64,000 nt of DNA from the human T2T-CHM13v2.0 reference genome, Homo sapiens. The DNA lies in assembly GCF_009914755.1 (NCBI RefSeq), contig NC_060940.1. The stretch is one strand, 5' to 3'. Below the pieces are notes generated by a model. It did not search any database. It had not been told where the DNA came from and saw only the letters and a list, made by a program, of their open reading frames with translations. The translations under genes and the position numbers were made by a program. Shown here one piece after another: positions 1-15,200 of the stretch (position 1 is the stretch's first letter; the number at the start of each line of letters is the position of its first letter).

Positions 1-856
1 TCCATTCGAGTCCATTCGATGATTCCATTCGATTGCATTCGATGATTCCATTATATTCCATTCAACGGTGATTCCATTCGAGTCCATTCCATGATTCCAT
101 TAGAGTACATTTAATGATTGCTTTGTTTTCAATTCGAAGATGATTACATTGGATTCCATTCTATGATACCATTCGATTCCATTCAATGATGATTCCACTC
201 AAATCCATTGGATGATTCCATTCGTGTCCATTCGGTGATTTCATTAGATTCCATTCGAGGATGATTCCATTCGATTCCATTCGATGATTCCATTCAATTC
301 CATTCGTTGATGATTCCATTCCAGTCCATATGATCATTCCATTTGATTTCATTCGATGATGATTCCATTCGATTCCATTCGATGATTCCATTCTATTCCA
401 TTCGATGATGATTCCATTCGAGTCCATTCGATGATTCCATTCGAGTCCATTTAATGATTCCATTGGGTTCAATTCAATGATGATTACATTGGATTCCGTT
501 CTATGATTCCATTCAATTCCGTTCATTGACAATTTGATTCCATTCGATGATGATTCCATTTGAGTTCATTCGATGATTCTATTCGATTCTCTTCGATGGT
601 GATTCAATTCTATTATATTGGATGATTCCATTCGATTCCATTTGATGTTGATTCAATTCGATTCTATTCGATGATGATTCCATTGGATTTCACTTGATGA
701 TTCTATTCGATTCCATTCAATGATGATTCACTTCTCGTCCATTGGATGATTCCATTTCATTCCATTCGATGATGATTCCATTCGATTCCATTCGATGATT
801 CCATTTGATTCCATGCGACGGTGAGCAATTCGATTCAATTCCATGATGATTCTATT

Positions 857-867
857 TGATTCAATTA
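857..867 (-). promoter_or_regulatory. Candidate DUX4 binding site TAATTGAATCA (also at 6995, 13107, 21118, 29129, 37645, 43757, 49869, 55909, 62021)
   Basis: The + strand TGATTCAATTA is the reverse complement of TAATTGAATCA, matching the DUX4 consensus TAAYYBAATCA. DUX4 binding and induction of HSATII is established at family level; occupancy of these copies cannot be shown from sequence. Confidence 0.55.
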
Positions 868-3800
868 GATGATGTTTCCATTCGAATCCATTCCATGATT
901 ATTCCATTGGAATCCATTCGGCGATGATTCCATATGAGTCAATTCAATGATGATTCCATATGGGTCCGTTCGATGATAATTCCATTTGATTTCATTCGAT
1001 GCTTCTATTCTATTCCAGTCGATGATGATTCCGTTGGAGTCCATACGATGATTCCATTTGATTTCATTTGATGATGATTCCATTCGATGACGATTACATT
1101 GGATTCCATTCTATGATTCCATTCAATTCCATTCGTTGATGATTCGATTCCATTCAATGATGATTCCATTTGAGTTCATTCGATGATTCTATTCGATTCC
1201 GTTCGATGGTGATTCAATTCTATTATATTGGATGATTCCACTCGATTCCATTTGATGATTATTCCATTGGAGTCCACTTAGTGAATCCTTTAGATTCTAC
1301 TCGACGATGATTCCATTCGAGTCCATTCGATGATACCATTCAATTCCATTCGTTGATGCTTCCATTCAAGTGCATTCGATGATATCATTCGATTCCATTT
1401 GATGATAATTCCATTTGATTCCATGCGATGATTCTATTCGATTCCATTCAATGATAATTCCATTCAATTCAGTGATTCCTCTGGACTCCATTTGATGATG
1501 ATTCCATTCAATGATTCCATTCGATTCTATTCGAAAATGATTCCATTTGAATCCATTTGATGATGATTCCATTAGATTCCATTTGATGATTCCATTCGAT
1601 TCCATTCGACGATGATTCCATTCGATTCCGTTTGATGATTCCATTCTATTCTATTCGATGATGATTCCATTCGATTCCATTCGATGATGATTGGATTCGA
1701 TTCCATTGGATGATTTCATTTGATTCCATTCGTTAATGATTTCGATCAATTCCATTCGATGATTCCATTCGATTCCATTCGATAATGATTACATCCGAGT
1801 CCATTCGATGATTCCCTTTGAGCCTGTTCGATAATTCCATTTGAGTCCAACCAATGATTCCATTCATTTCCATTCAATGATTCCATTCGAGTCCATTTGA
1901 TCATTCCGGTAGGGTCCATTCGATGTTGATTCCATTGGAGTGCATTCGATGATTCCATTCGAGTCCATTTTAGGATTTGATTCGAGTCCTTTCGATGATT
2001 CCATTCGATTCCACTCGATGATGATTTCATTCGAGTCCATTCGACACTTCCAATCGATTCCATTTGATGATTCCATTCGAGTCCAATTGATGATTCCATT
2101 CAATTCCATTCGATGATGATTCCGTACGATTCCATTCTGTGATGATTCCATGTGATTGCATTCAATGATGATTCCTTTCGATTGCATTCGATTATGATTC
2201 ATTTCGTGTTCATTCTATGGTTCCACAGGTTTCCATTCGTGTCCATTCCATTATTCCATTCTATTCCATTTGATGATGATTCCATTCGATTCCATTCATT
2301 GGTGATTCCACTCAATTCCATTCAATGATTCCATTCCATTTCTTTCAACAATGATTCCATTAGTTTCTAATCGATGATCCACTTGATTCCATTTGACGAC
2401 GATTCCATTCTTGTCCATTCGATGATTCCATTTGATTCCATATGATGATGATTCCATTCGATTCCATACCATGATGATTCCATTCGAGTCCATTCAATGG
2501 TGATTCCATTCAATTCCATTCGATGATTCCTTTCGATTCCATTCGATGATGATGGCATTCGATTCCTTTCAATCATTCCCTTTGATTCCATTCAAAGGTG
2601 ATTTCATTCAAGTCCATTCGATAATTGCATTCGATTCCATTCTATGATGATTCCATTCGAGTCCATTTGATGATTCCATTCAATTCAAGTCAATGATGAT
2701 TCCATTCGATTCCATTCGATGATTCCATTGGATTCCATTCGATGATGATTCCATTCAAATCCTTTCGATAATTCAATTCAAGTCCATTCGATGATGATTC
2801 CAATCGAATCCATTCAAAGATTCCATTCAGTTCCATTCGATGATTCCCTTAGATTCCATTCGATGATTCCACTTGATTGCATTTACGATGATTCCATTCG
2901 ATTCCATGTGATGATTCCATTCAATTCTATTCAATGATGTCTCCATTTGATTCCATTCGACCATGATTGCCTTTGATTCCATTCAATGATTCCATTCGGT
3001 TCCGTTTGATGATGATTCCGTTCGATTCCATTTGATGATTCCATTTGATTCCATTGGATGGGTCCATTCGATTACATTCGATGATTATTCCATTCGAGTG
3101 CATTAGATGATTCCATTCGAGTCCATTCGATGATTCCATTCGATTCCATTCGATGTTGATTCTGTTCAAATCCATTCGATGATTCCACTCGATTCCATTC
3201 GTTGACTCCATTTGATCCCATTCGATGATTTCCTTTGATTCCCTTTGATGATCATTCCATTTGATTCAATTCGGTGATTTCATTTGATTCCATTCAGTGA
3301 TGTTTCCATTCGACTCCATTCGATGATGATTCCATTCGACTCCATTCGATTATGATTTCATTCAATTCCATTCGATAATGATTCCCTTCGAGTCCATTCG
3401 ATGATTCCATTCGATTCCATTCAACGATGTTTTGATTCGTGTCCATTCGATGATTCCATTTGATTCCACTTGATGATGATTCCATTCGAGTCCATTTGAT
3501 GATTCCATTCAATTCCATACTCCGATGATTTCTTTTGAGCCCACTCAATGCTTCCACTCGATTCCATATGATGATGACTCCATTCGATGAAATTCGATGA
3601 TGATTCCATTCGCTTGCTTTCGATGATGATTCCACTTGAGTCCGTTAGAAGATTCTATTCAATTACATTCCATGACGATTCCGTTCGAGTCCATTTGATG
3701 ATTCCATTAGACTCCATTCGACGATGATTCCATTCGATGTTATTCCATGATTCCATTCGATATCAATCGATGATGATTCCATTCAACTCCATTCGATGTT

Positions 3801-4730
3801 TCCATTCGAGTTCATTCTATTATTGCATTAGATTCCATTCGATGATGATTCCATTCGATTCCATTTGATGATTGCATTCTATTTCATTTGATGATGATTC
3901 CATTCGAGTCCACTCGATGATTCCATTCGAGTCCATTTAATGAATCCATTGGTTTCAATTCTATGATGATTACATTGGATTCCATTCGTTGATGATTTCA
4001 TTCGGTTCCATTCAATGATGATTCCATTCAATTCCTTTCAATGTTTCCATTCAATTCCATACGATGATGATTCCATTTGATTTGATTCGACAGTGAGCCA
4101 TTCGATTCAATTCCATGATGATTCTATTTGATTCAATTGGTTGACATTTCCATTCGATTCCATTCGATGATGATTCCCTTTGATTCCGTTCAAAGATGAT
4201 TCCATTCTAGCCCATTCAATCATTCCATTCGATTCTATTCAATGATGATTCCATTCATGTCGATTTGGTGATTCCATTTGACTTCATTTGATGATGATTC
4301 CTTTCAAGTTCATTAGATGATTCCATTCGATTCCATTTGATGATGATCCCATTCGAGTCCATTCAGTGATTCCATTCGTTTCCATTCCATGATGATTCCA
4401 TTCCTTTCCATTCAATGATTCCATTCGATTCCGTTTGATGATGATTTCATTCGAGTCCATTTGATGATTCCATTTGATTCCATTCGATGATGATTCCATT
4501 CGAGTCCATTCGATGATTCTATTCGAATCCATTTGATGATTTCTTTTGATTATATTTGGTGATGATTCCATTGGAGTCCATTCAATGATTCCATTCTATT
4601 CCAATCGATGATGATTCCATTAGAGTCCATTTAATGATTCCATTTGATTCCAGTCTCTGATGATTACATTCGAGTCCATACGATGATTCCACTCAATTCC
4701 ATATGATGATGATTCCATTTGATTCCATTC

Positions 4731-4782
4731 GGTGATTCCATTCTATTCTAATCAATGGTGATTCCATTCTATTCTATTCAAT
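4731..4782 (+). repeat. Local tandem duplication of one 26-bp monomer
   Basis: ggtgattccattctattctaatcaat (4731-4756) is followed by ggtgattccattctattctattcaat (4757-4782); other units have a single copy. Confidence 0.92.
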
Positions 4783-6138
4783 GGTGATTCCATTGGAGTA
4801 CATTAGATGATTCCATTCGATTCCATTCAATGATGATTCTATTTGTGTCCCTTAGATGATTCCACATGATTCCATTAGATGATGATACTATTTGAGCCCA
4901 TCCAATGATTCCCTTCGATTCCATTCGATGAGGATTCCATTCGATTCAATTCATTGGTGATTCTATTCAATTCAATTCTTTGATTCCATTCCATTCCATT
5001 CGACAATGATTCCATTCGATTTCTTTCGATGATTCCACTCGATTCCACTTGACATTGATTCCATTCGATTCCATTCAATGATTCCATTTGATTCCAGTGG
5101 ATGATGATTGCCATCGATTCCATTCGATCACTCCATTCTATTCCATTTGATGATGATTACATTCGATTCCATTTGATGATTCCATCTGATTCTATTCGAG
5201 GATTCCATTTGATTCCATTCGATGATGATTCCATTCGAGTCCATTCGATGATTTCATTCGAGTACATCCAATGATTCCATTCGAGTCCATTAGATGATTC
5301 CATTTGATTCCATTTGAAAATGATTCTACTAGAGTCCATTCAATGACTCCATTCGAGTCCATTCAACAATTCCATTCGACTCCATTCGATGATTCCATTC
5401 GATTCCATTTGATGGTTCCATTCGCGTCCATTTAATCATTACAGTCGAGTCCGTTTGGTGATTCCACTGGATTTCTTTTGATAATGATACCATTCAATTA
5501 CATTTGATGATGATCCCATTCAATTTCATTTGATGATGATTCCATTAGAGTCCATTCGATGATTTCATTCGAGTCCCTTCATTGATTCCATCCGATTTCA
5601 TTGGATGATGACTCCATTCGAGTCCATTCGATGATTCCACTCGATTCCATTAGATGACTCCATTGGAGTCCATTTGATTGTTCCATTCGATTCCATTCGA
5701 TTCCTTTCGAAGATTATTCCATTTGAGTCCATTCGATGATGATTCCATTCTATTCCATTCGATGATTCCGTTTGATTCCATTCGATGATTCCCTTCGATT
5801 CCTTTCTTTGATGATTCCATTCCATTCCATTCAATGATTCCATTCGAATCTATTCCATGATGATTCCTTTCGATTCCATTCGCTGATGTTTCCGTTCAAT
5901 TCCATTCGATGATGATTCCATTCGATTCCATTCATTGAGGATTCCATTTGATTCCATTCAATGATGATTCCATTGTATTCCATTCAATGATTGCATTCAA
6001 TTCCATTCAATGATTATCCCATTAGGGTAAACTCAACGATTCCATTCAATACCATTCGATGATGATTCCTTTTGAGTCCATTCAATGATTTCATTCAAGT
6101 CCATTTGATGATTCCTTTCAATTCCATTCTATGATGAT

Positions 6139-9100
6139 TCCATTCGAGTCCATTCGATGATTCCATTCGATTGCATTCGATGATTCCATTATATTCCATT
6201 CAACGGTGATTCCATTCGAGTCCATTCCATGATTCCATTAGAGTACATTTAATGATTGCTTTGTTTTCAATTCGAAGATGATTACATTGGATTCCATTCT
6301 ATGATACCATTCGATTCCATTCAATGATGATTCCACTCAAATCCATTGGATGATTCCATTCGTGTCCATTCGGTGATTTCATTAGATTCCATTCGAGGAT
6401 GATTCCATTCGATTCCATTCGATGATTCCATTCAATTCCATTCGTTGATGATTCCATTGCAGTCCATATGATCATTCCATTTGATTTCATTCGATGATGA
6501 TTCCATTCGATTCGATTCGACGATTCCATTATATTCCATTCGATGATGATTCCATTCGAGTCCATTCGATGATTCCATTCGAGTCCATTTAATGATTCCA
6601 TTGGGTTCAATTCAATGATGATTACATTGGATTCCGTTCTATGATTCCATTCAATTCCGTTCATTGACAATTTGATTCCATTCGATGATGATTCCATTTG
6701 AGTTCATTCGATGATTCTATTCGATTCTCTTCGATGGTGATTCAATTCTATTATATTGGATGATTCCATTCGATTCCATTTGATGTTGATTCAATTCGAT
6801 TCTATTCGATGATGATTCCATTGGATTTCACTTGATGATTCTATTCGATTCCATTCAATGATGATTCACTTCTCGTCCATTGGATGATTCCATTTCATTC
6901 CATTCGATGATGATTCCATTCGATTCCATTCGATGATTCCATTTGATTCCATGCGACGGTGAGCAATTCGATTCAATTCCATGATGATTCTATTTGATTC
7001 AATTAGATGATGTTTCCATTCGAATCCATTCCATGATTATTCCATTGGAATCCATTCGGCGATGATTCCATATGAGTCAATTCAATGATGATTCCATATG
7101 GGTCCGTTCGATGATAATTCCATTTGATTTCATTCGATGCTTCTATTCTATTCCAGTCGATGATGATTCCGTTGGAGTCCATACGATGATTCCATTTGAT
7201 TTCATTTGATGATGATTCCATTCGATGACGATTACATTGGATTCCATTCTATGATTCCATTCAATTCCATTCGTTGATGATTCGATTCCATTCAATGATG
7301 ATTCCATTTGAGTTCATTCGATGATTCTATTCGATTCCGTTCGATGGTGATTCAATTCTATTATATTGGATGATTCCACTCGATTCCATTTGATGATTAT
7401 TCCATTGGAGTCCACTTAGTGAATCCTTTAGATTCTACTCGACGATGATTCCATTCGAGTCCATTCGATGATACCATTCAATTCCATTCGTTGATGCTTC
7501 CATTCAAGTGCATTCGATGATATCATTCGATTCCATTTGATGATAATTCCATTTGATTCCATGCGATGATTCTATTCGATTCCATTCAATGATAATTCCA
7601 TTCAATTCAGTGATTCCTCTGGACTCCATTTGATGATGATTCCATTCAATGATTCCATTCGATTCTATTCGAAAATGATTCCATTTGAATCCATTTGATG
7701 ATGATTCCATTAGATTCCATTTGATGATTCCATTCGATTCCATTCGACGATGATTCCATTCGATTCCGTTTGATGATTCCATTCTATTCTATTCGATGAT
7801 GATTCCATTCGATTCCATTCGATGATGATTGGATTCAATTCCATTTGATGATTTCATTTGATTCCATTCGTTAATGATTTCGATCAATTCCATTCGATGA
7901 TTCCATTCGATTCCATTCGATAATGATTACATCCGAGTCCATTCGATGATTCCCTTTGAGCCTGTTCGATAATTCCATTTGAGTCCAACCAATGATTCCA
8001 TTCATTTCCATTCAATGATTCCATTCGAGTCCATTTGATCATTCCGGTAGGGTCCATTCGATGTTGATTCCATTGGAGTGCATTCGATGATTCCATTCGA
8101 GTCCATTTTAGGATTTGATTCGAGTCCTTTCGATGATTCCATTCGATTCCACTCGATGATGATTTCATTCGAGTCCATTCGACACTTCCAATCGATTCCA
8201 TTTGATGATTCCATTCGAGTCCAATTGATGATTCCATTCAATTCCATTCGATGATGATTCCGTACGATTCCATTCTGTGATGATTCCATGTGATTGCATT
8301 CAATGATGATTCCTTTCGATTGCATTCGATTATGATTCATTTCGTGTTCATTCTATGGTTCCACAGGTTTCCATTCGTGTCCATTCCATTATTCCATTCT
8401 ATTCCATTTGATGATGATTCCATTCGATTCCATTCATTGGTGATTCCACTCAATTCCATTCAATGATTCCATTCCATTTCTTTCAACAATGATTCCATTA
8501 GTTTCTAATCGATGATCCACTTGATTCCATTTGACGACGATTCCATTCTTGTCCATTCGATGATTCCATTTGATTCCATATGATGATGATTCCATTCGAT
8601 TCCATACCATGATGATTCCATTCGAGTCCATTCAATGGTGATTCCATTCAATTCCATTCGATGATTCCTTTCGATTCCATTCGATGATGATGGCATTCGA
8701 TTCCTTTCAATCATTCCCTTTGATTCCATTCAAAGGTGATTTCATTCAAGTCCATTCGATAATTGCATTCGATTCCATTCTATGATGATTCCATTCGAGT
8801 CCATTTGATGATTCCATTCAATTCAAGTCAATGATGATTCCATTCGATTCCATTCGATGATTCCATTGGATTCCATTCGATGATGATTCCATTCAAATCC
8901 TTTCGATAATTCAATTCAAGTCCATTCGATGATGATTCCAATCGAATCCATTCAAAGATTCCATTCAGTTCCATTCGATGATTCCCTTAGATTCCATTCG
9001 ATGATTCCACTTGATTGCATTTACGATGATTCCATTCGATTCCATGTGATGATTCCATTCAATTCTATTCAATGATGTCTCCATTTGATTCCATTCGACC

Positions 9101-12100
9101 ATGATTGCCTTTGATTCCATTCAATGATTCCATTCGGTTCCGTTTGATGATGATTCCGTTCGATTCCATTTGATGATTCCATTTGATTCCATTGGATGGG
9201 TCCATTCGATTACATTCGATGATTATTCCATTCGAGTGCATTAGATGATTCCATTCGAGTCCATTCGATGATTCCATTCGATTCCATTCGATGTTGATTC
9301 TGTTCAAATCCATTCGATGATTCCACTCGATTCCATTCGTTGACTCCATTTGATCCCATTCGATGATTTCCTTTGATTCCCTTTGATGATCATTCCATTT
9401 GATTCAATTCGGTGATTTCATTCGATTCCATTCAGTGATGTTTCCATTCGACTCCATTCGATGATGATTCCATTCGACTCCATTCGATTATGATTTCATT
9501 CAATTCCATTCGATAATGATTCCCTTCGAGTCCATTCGATGATTCCATTCGATTCCATTCAACGATGTTTTGATTCGTGTCCATTCGATGATTCCATTTG
9601 ATTCCACTTGATGATGATTCCATTCGAGTCCATTTGATGATTCCATTCAATTCCATACTCCGATGATTTCTTTTGAGCCCACTCAATGCTTCCACTCGAT
9701 TCCATATGATGATGACTCCATTCGATGAAATTCGATGATGATTCCATTCGCTTGCTTTCGATGATGATTCCACTTGAGTCCGTTAGAAGATTCTATTCAA
9801 TTACATTCCATGACGATTCCGTTCGAGTCCATTTGATGATTCCATTAGACTCCATTCGACGATGATTCCTTTCGATGTTATTCCATGATTCCATTCGATA
9901 TCAATCGATGATGATTCCATTCAACTCCATTCGATGTTTCCATTCGAGTTCATTCTATTATTGCATTAGATTCCATTCGATGATGATTCCATTCGATTCC
10001 ATTTGATGATTGCATTCTGTTTCATTTGATGATGATTCCATTCGAGTCCACTCGATGATTCCATTCGAGTCCATTTAATGAATCCATTGGTTTCAATTCT
10101 ATGATGATTACATTGGATTCCATTCGTTGATGATTTCATTCGGTTCCATTCAATGATGATTCCATTCAATTCCTTTCAATGTTTCCATTCAATTCCATAC
10201 GATGATGATTCCATTTGATTTGATTCGACAGTGAGCCATTCGATTCAATTCCATGATGATTCTATTTGATTCAATTGGTTGACATTTCCATTCGATTCCA
10301 TTCGATGATGATTCCCTTTGATTCCGTTCAAAGATGATTCCATTCTAGCCCATTCAATCATTCCATTCGATTCTATTCAATGATGATTCCATTCATGTCG
10401 ATTTGGTGATTCCATTTGACTTCATTTGATGATGATTCCTTTCAAGTTCATTAGATGATTCCATTCGATTCCATTTGATGATGATCCCATTCGAGTCCAT
10501 TCAGTGATTCCATTCGTTTCCATTCCATGATGATTCCATTCCTTTCCATTCAATGATTCCATTCGATTCCGTTGGATGATGATTTCATTCGAGTCCATTT
10601 GATGATTCCATTTGATTCCATTCGATGATGATTCCATTCGAGTCCATTCGATGATTCTATTCGAATCCATTTGATGATTTCTTTTGATTATATTTGGTGA
10701 TGATTCCATTGGAGTCCATTCAATGATTCCATTCGATTCCAATCGATGATGATTCCATTAGAGTCCATTTAATGATTCCATTTGATTCCAGTCTCTGATG
10801 ATTACATTCGAGTCCATACGATGATTCCACTCAATTCCATATGATGATGATTCCATTTGATTCCATTCGGTGATTCCATTCTATTCTATTCAATGGTGAT
10901 TCCATTCGAGTACATTAGATGATTCCATTCGATTCCATTCAATGATGATTCTATTTGTGTCCCTTAGATGATTCCACATGATTCCATTACATGATGATAC
11001 TATTTGAGCCCATCCAATGATTCCCTTCGATTCCATTCGATGAGGATTCCATTCGATTCAATTCATTGGTGATTCTATTCAATTCAATTCTTTGATTCCA
11101 TTCCATTCCATTCGACAATGATTCCATTCGATTTCTTTCGATGATTCCACTCGATTCCACTTGACATTGATTCCATTCGATTCCATTCAATGATTCCATT
11201 TGATTCCAGTGGATGATGATTGCCATCGATTCCATTCGATCACTCCATTCTATTCCATTTGATGATGATTACATTCGATTCCATTTGATGATTCCATCTG
11301 ATTCTATTCGAGGATTCCATTTGATTCCATTCGATGATGATTCCATTCGAGTCCATTCGATGATTTCATTCGAGTACATCCAATGATTCCATTCGAGTCC
11401 ATTAGATGATTCCATTTGATTCCATTTGAAAATGATTCTACTAGAGTCCATTCAATGACTCCATTCGAGTCCATTCAACAATTCCATTCGACTCCATTCG
11501 ATGATTCCATTCGATTCCATTTGATGGTTCCATTCGAGTCCATTTAATCATTACAGTCGAGTCCATTTGGTGATTCCACTGGATTTCTTTTGATAATGAT
11601 ACCATTCAATTACATTTGATGATGATCCCATTCAATTTCATTTGATGATGATTCCATTAGAGTCCATTCGATGATTTCATTCGAGTCCCTTCATTGATTC
11701 CATCCGATTTCATTGGATGATGACTCCATTCGAGTCCATTCGATGATTCCACTCGATTCCATTAGATGACTCCATTGGAGTCCATTTGATTGTTCCATTC
11801 GATTCCATTCGATTCCTTTCGAAGATTATTCCATTTGAGTCCATTCGATGATGATTCCATTCCATTCCATTCGATGATTCCGTTTGATTCCATTCGATGA
11901 TTCCCTTCGATTCCTTTCTTTGATGATTTCATTCCATTCCATTCAATGATTCCATTCGAATCTATTCCATGATGATTCCTTTCGATTCCATTCGCTGATG
12001 TTTCCGTTCAATTCCATTCGATGATGATTCCATTCGATTCCATTCATTGAGGATTCCATTTGATTCCATTCAATGATGATTCCATTCTATTCCACTCAAT

Positions 12101-12250
12101 GATTGCATTCAATTCCATACAATGATTATCCCATTAGAGTAAACTCAACGATTCCATTCAATACCATTCGATGATGATTCCTTTTGAGTCCATTCAATGA
12201 TTTCATTCAAGTCCATTTGATGATTCCTTTCAATTCCATTCTATGATGAT
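6139..12250 (+). repeat. Higher-order unit 2 (canonical 6112 bp)
   Basis: Marker ORF 6299 to 12411 = 6112; same order of landmark motifs (gtgagcaatt, ccggtagggt, ccacaggttt, cgcttgcttt, ctactagagt, gtaaactcaac). Confidence 0.93.
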
Positions 12251-15200
12251 TCCATTCGAGTCCATTCGATGATTCCATTCAATTGCATTTGATGATTCCA
12301 TTATATTCCATTCAACGGTGATTCCATTCGAGTCCATTCCATGATTCCATTAGAGTACATTTAATGATTGCTTTGTTTTCAATTCGAAGATGATTACATT
12401 GGATTCCATTCTATGATACCATTCGATTCCATTCAATGATGATTCCACTCAAATCCATTGGATGATTCCATTCGTGTCCATTCGGTGATTTCATTAGATT
12501 CCATTCGAGGATGATTCCATTCGATTCCATTCGATGATTCCATTCAATTCCATTCGATGATGATTCCATTCCAGTCCATATGATCATTCCATTTGATTTC
12601 ATTCGATGATGATTCCATTCGATTCCATTCGACGATTCCATTCTATTCCATTCGATGATGATTCCATTCGAGTCCATTCGATCAATCCATTCGAGTCCAT
12701 TTAATGATTCCATTGGGTTCAATTCAATGATGATTACATTGGATTCCGTTCTATGATTCCATTCAATTCCGTTCATTGACAATTTGATTCCATTCGATGA
12801 TGATTCCATTTGAGTTCATTCGATGATTCTATTCGATTCTCTTCGATGGTGATTCAATTCTATTATATTGGATGATTCCATTCGATTCCATTTGATGTTG
12901 ATTCAATTCGATTCTATTCGATGATGATTCCATTGGATTTCACTTGATGATTCTATTCGATTCCATTCAATGATGATTCACTTCTCGTCCATTGGATGAT
13001 TCCATTTCATTCCATTCGATGATGATTCCATTCGATTCCATTCGATGATTCCATTTGATTCCATGCGACGGTGAGCAATTCGATTCAATTCCATGATGAT
13101 TCTATTTGATTCAATTAGATGATGTTTCCATTCGAATCCATTCCATGATTATTCCATTGGAATCCATTCGGCGATGATTCCATATGAGTCAATTCAATGA
13201 TGATTCCATATGGGTCCGTTCGATGATAATTCCATTTGATTTCATTCGATGCTTCTATTCTATTCCAGTCGATGATGATTCCATTGGAGTCCATACGATG
13301 ATTCCATTTGATTTCATTTGATGATGATTCCATTCGATGATGATTACATTGGATTCCATTCTATGATTCCATTCAATTCCATTCGTTGATGATTCGATTC
13401 CATTCAATGATGATTCCATTTGAGTTCATTCGATGATTCTATTCGATTCCGTTCGATGGTGACTCAATTCTATTATACTGGATGATACCAGTCGATTCCA
13501 TTTGATGATTATTCCATTGGAGTCCATTTAGTGAATCCTTTAGATTCTACTCGACGATGATTCCATTCGAGTCCATTCGATGATACCATTCAATTCCATT
13601 CGTTGATGCTTCCATTCAAGTGCATTCGATGATATCATTCGATTCCATTTGATGATAATTCCATTTGATTCCATGCGATGATTCTATTCGATTCCATTCA
13701 ATGATAATTCCATTCAATTCAGTGATTCCTCTGGACTCCATTTGATGATGATTCCATTCAATGATTCCATTCGATTCTATTCGAAAATGATTCCATTTGA
13801 ATCCATTTGATGATGATTCCATTAGATTCCATTTGATGATTCCATTCGATTCCATGCGACGATGATTCCATTCGATTCCGTTTGATGATTCCATTCTATT
13901 CTATTCGATGATGATTCCATTCGATTCCATTCGATGATGATTGGATTCGATTCCATTGGATGATTTCATTTGATTCCATTCGTTAATGATTTCGATCAAT
14001 TCCATTCGATGATTCCATTCGATTCCATTCGATAATGATTACATCCGAGTCCATTCGATGATTCCATTTTAGCCTGTTCGATAATTCCATTTGAGTCCAA
14101 CCAATGATTCCATTCATTTCCATTCAATGATTCCATTCGAGTCCATTTGATCATTCCGGTAGGGTCCATTCGATGTTGATTCCATTGGAGTGCATTCGAT
14201 GATTCCATTCGAGTCCATTTTAGGATTTGATTCGAGTCCTTTCGATGATTCCATTCGATTCCACTCGATGATGATTTCATTCGAGTCCATTCGACACTTC
14301 CAATCGATTCCATTTGATGATTCCATTCGAGTCCAATTGATGATTCCATTCAATTCCATTCGATGATGATTCCGTACGATACCATTCTGTGATGATTCCA
14401 TGTGATTGCATTCAATGATGATTCCTTTCGATTGCATTCGATTATGATTCATTTCGTGTTCATTCTATGGTTCCACAGGTTTCCATTCGTGTCCATTCCA
14501 TTATTCCATTCTATTCCATTTGATGATGATTCCATTCGATTCCATTCATTGGTGATTCCACTCAATTCCATTCAATGATTCCATTCCATTTCTTTCAACA
14601 ATGATTCCATTAGTTTCTAATCGATGATCCACTTGATTCCATTTGACGACGATTCCATTCTTGTCCATTCGATGATTCCATTTGATTCCATATGATGATG
14701 ATTCCATTCGATTCCATACCATGATGATTCCATTCGAGTCCATTCAATGGTGATTCCATTCAATTCCATTCGATGATTCCTTTTGATTCCATTCGATGAT
14801 GATGGCATTCGATTCCTTTCAATCATTCCCTTTGATTCCATTCAAAGGTGATTTCATTCAAGTCCATTCGATAATTGCATTCGATTCCATTCTATGATGA
14901 TTCCATTCGAGTCCATTTGATGATTCCATTCAATTCAAGTCAATGATGATTCCATTCGATTCCATTCGATGATTCCATTGGATTCCATTCGATGATGATT
15001 CCATTCAAATCCTTTCGATAATTCAATTCAAGTCCATTCGATGATGATTCCAATCGAATCCATTCAAAGATTCCATTCAGTTCCATTCGATGATTCCCTT
15101 AGATTCCATTCGATGATTCCACTTGATTGCATTTACGTTGATTCCATTCGATTCCATGTGATGATTCCATTCAATTCTATTCAATGATGTCTCCATTTGA

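Larger units (their letters stand above)
1..6138 (+). repeat. Higher-order unit 1 (6112 + 26 bp)
   Basis: Start motif tccattcgagtccattcgatgattccattcgattgcattc recurs at 6139. Marker ORF 161 to 6299 = 6138. The extra 26 bp lies at 4731-4782. Confidence 0.93.

Noticed and set aside
819-1915. Splice-donor-like GGTGAG (~820) and GGTAGG (~1907) motifs
   Set aside because: These are short matches expected by chance, with no credible exon structure or transcript evidence available from sequence.
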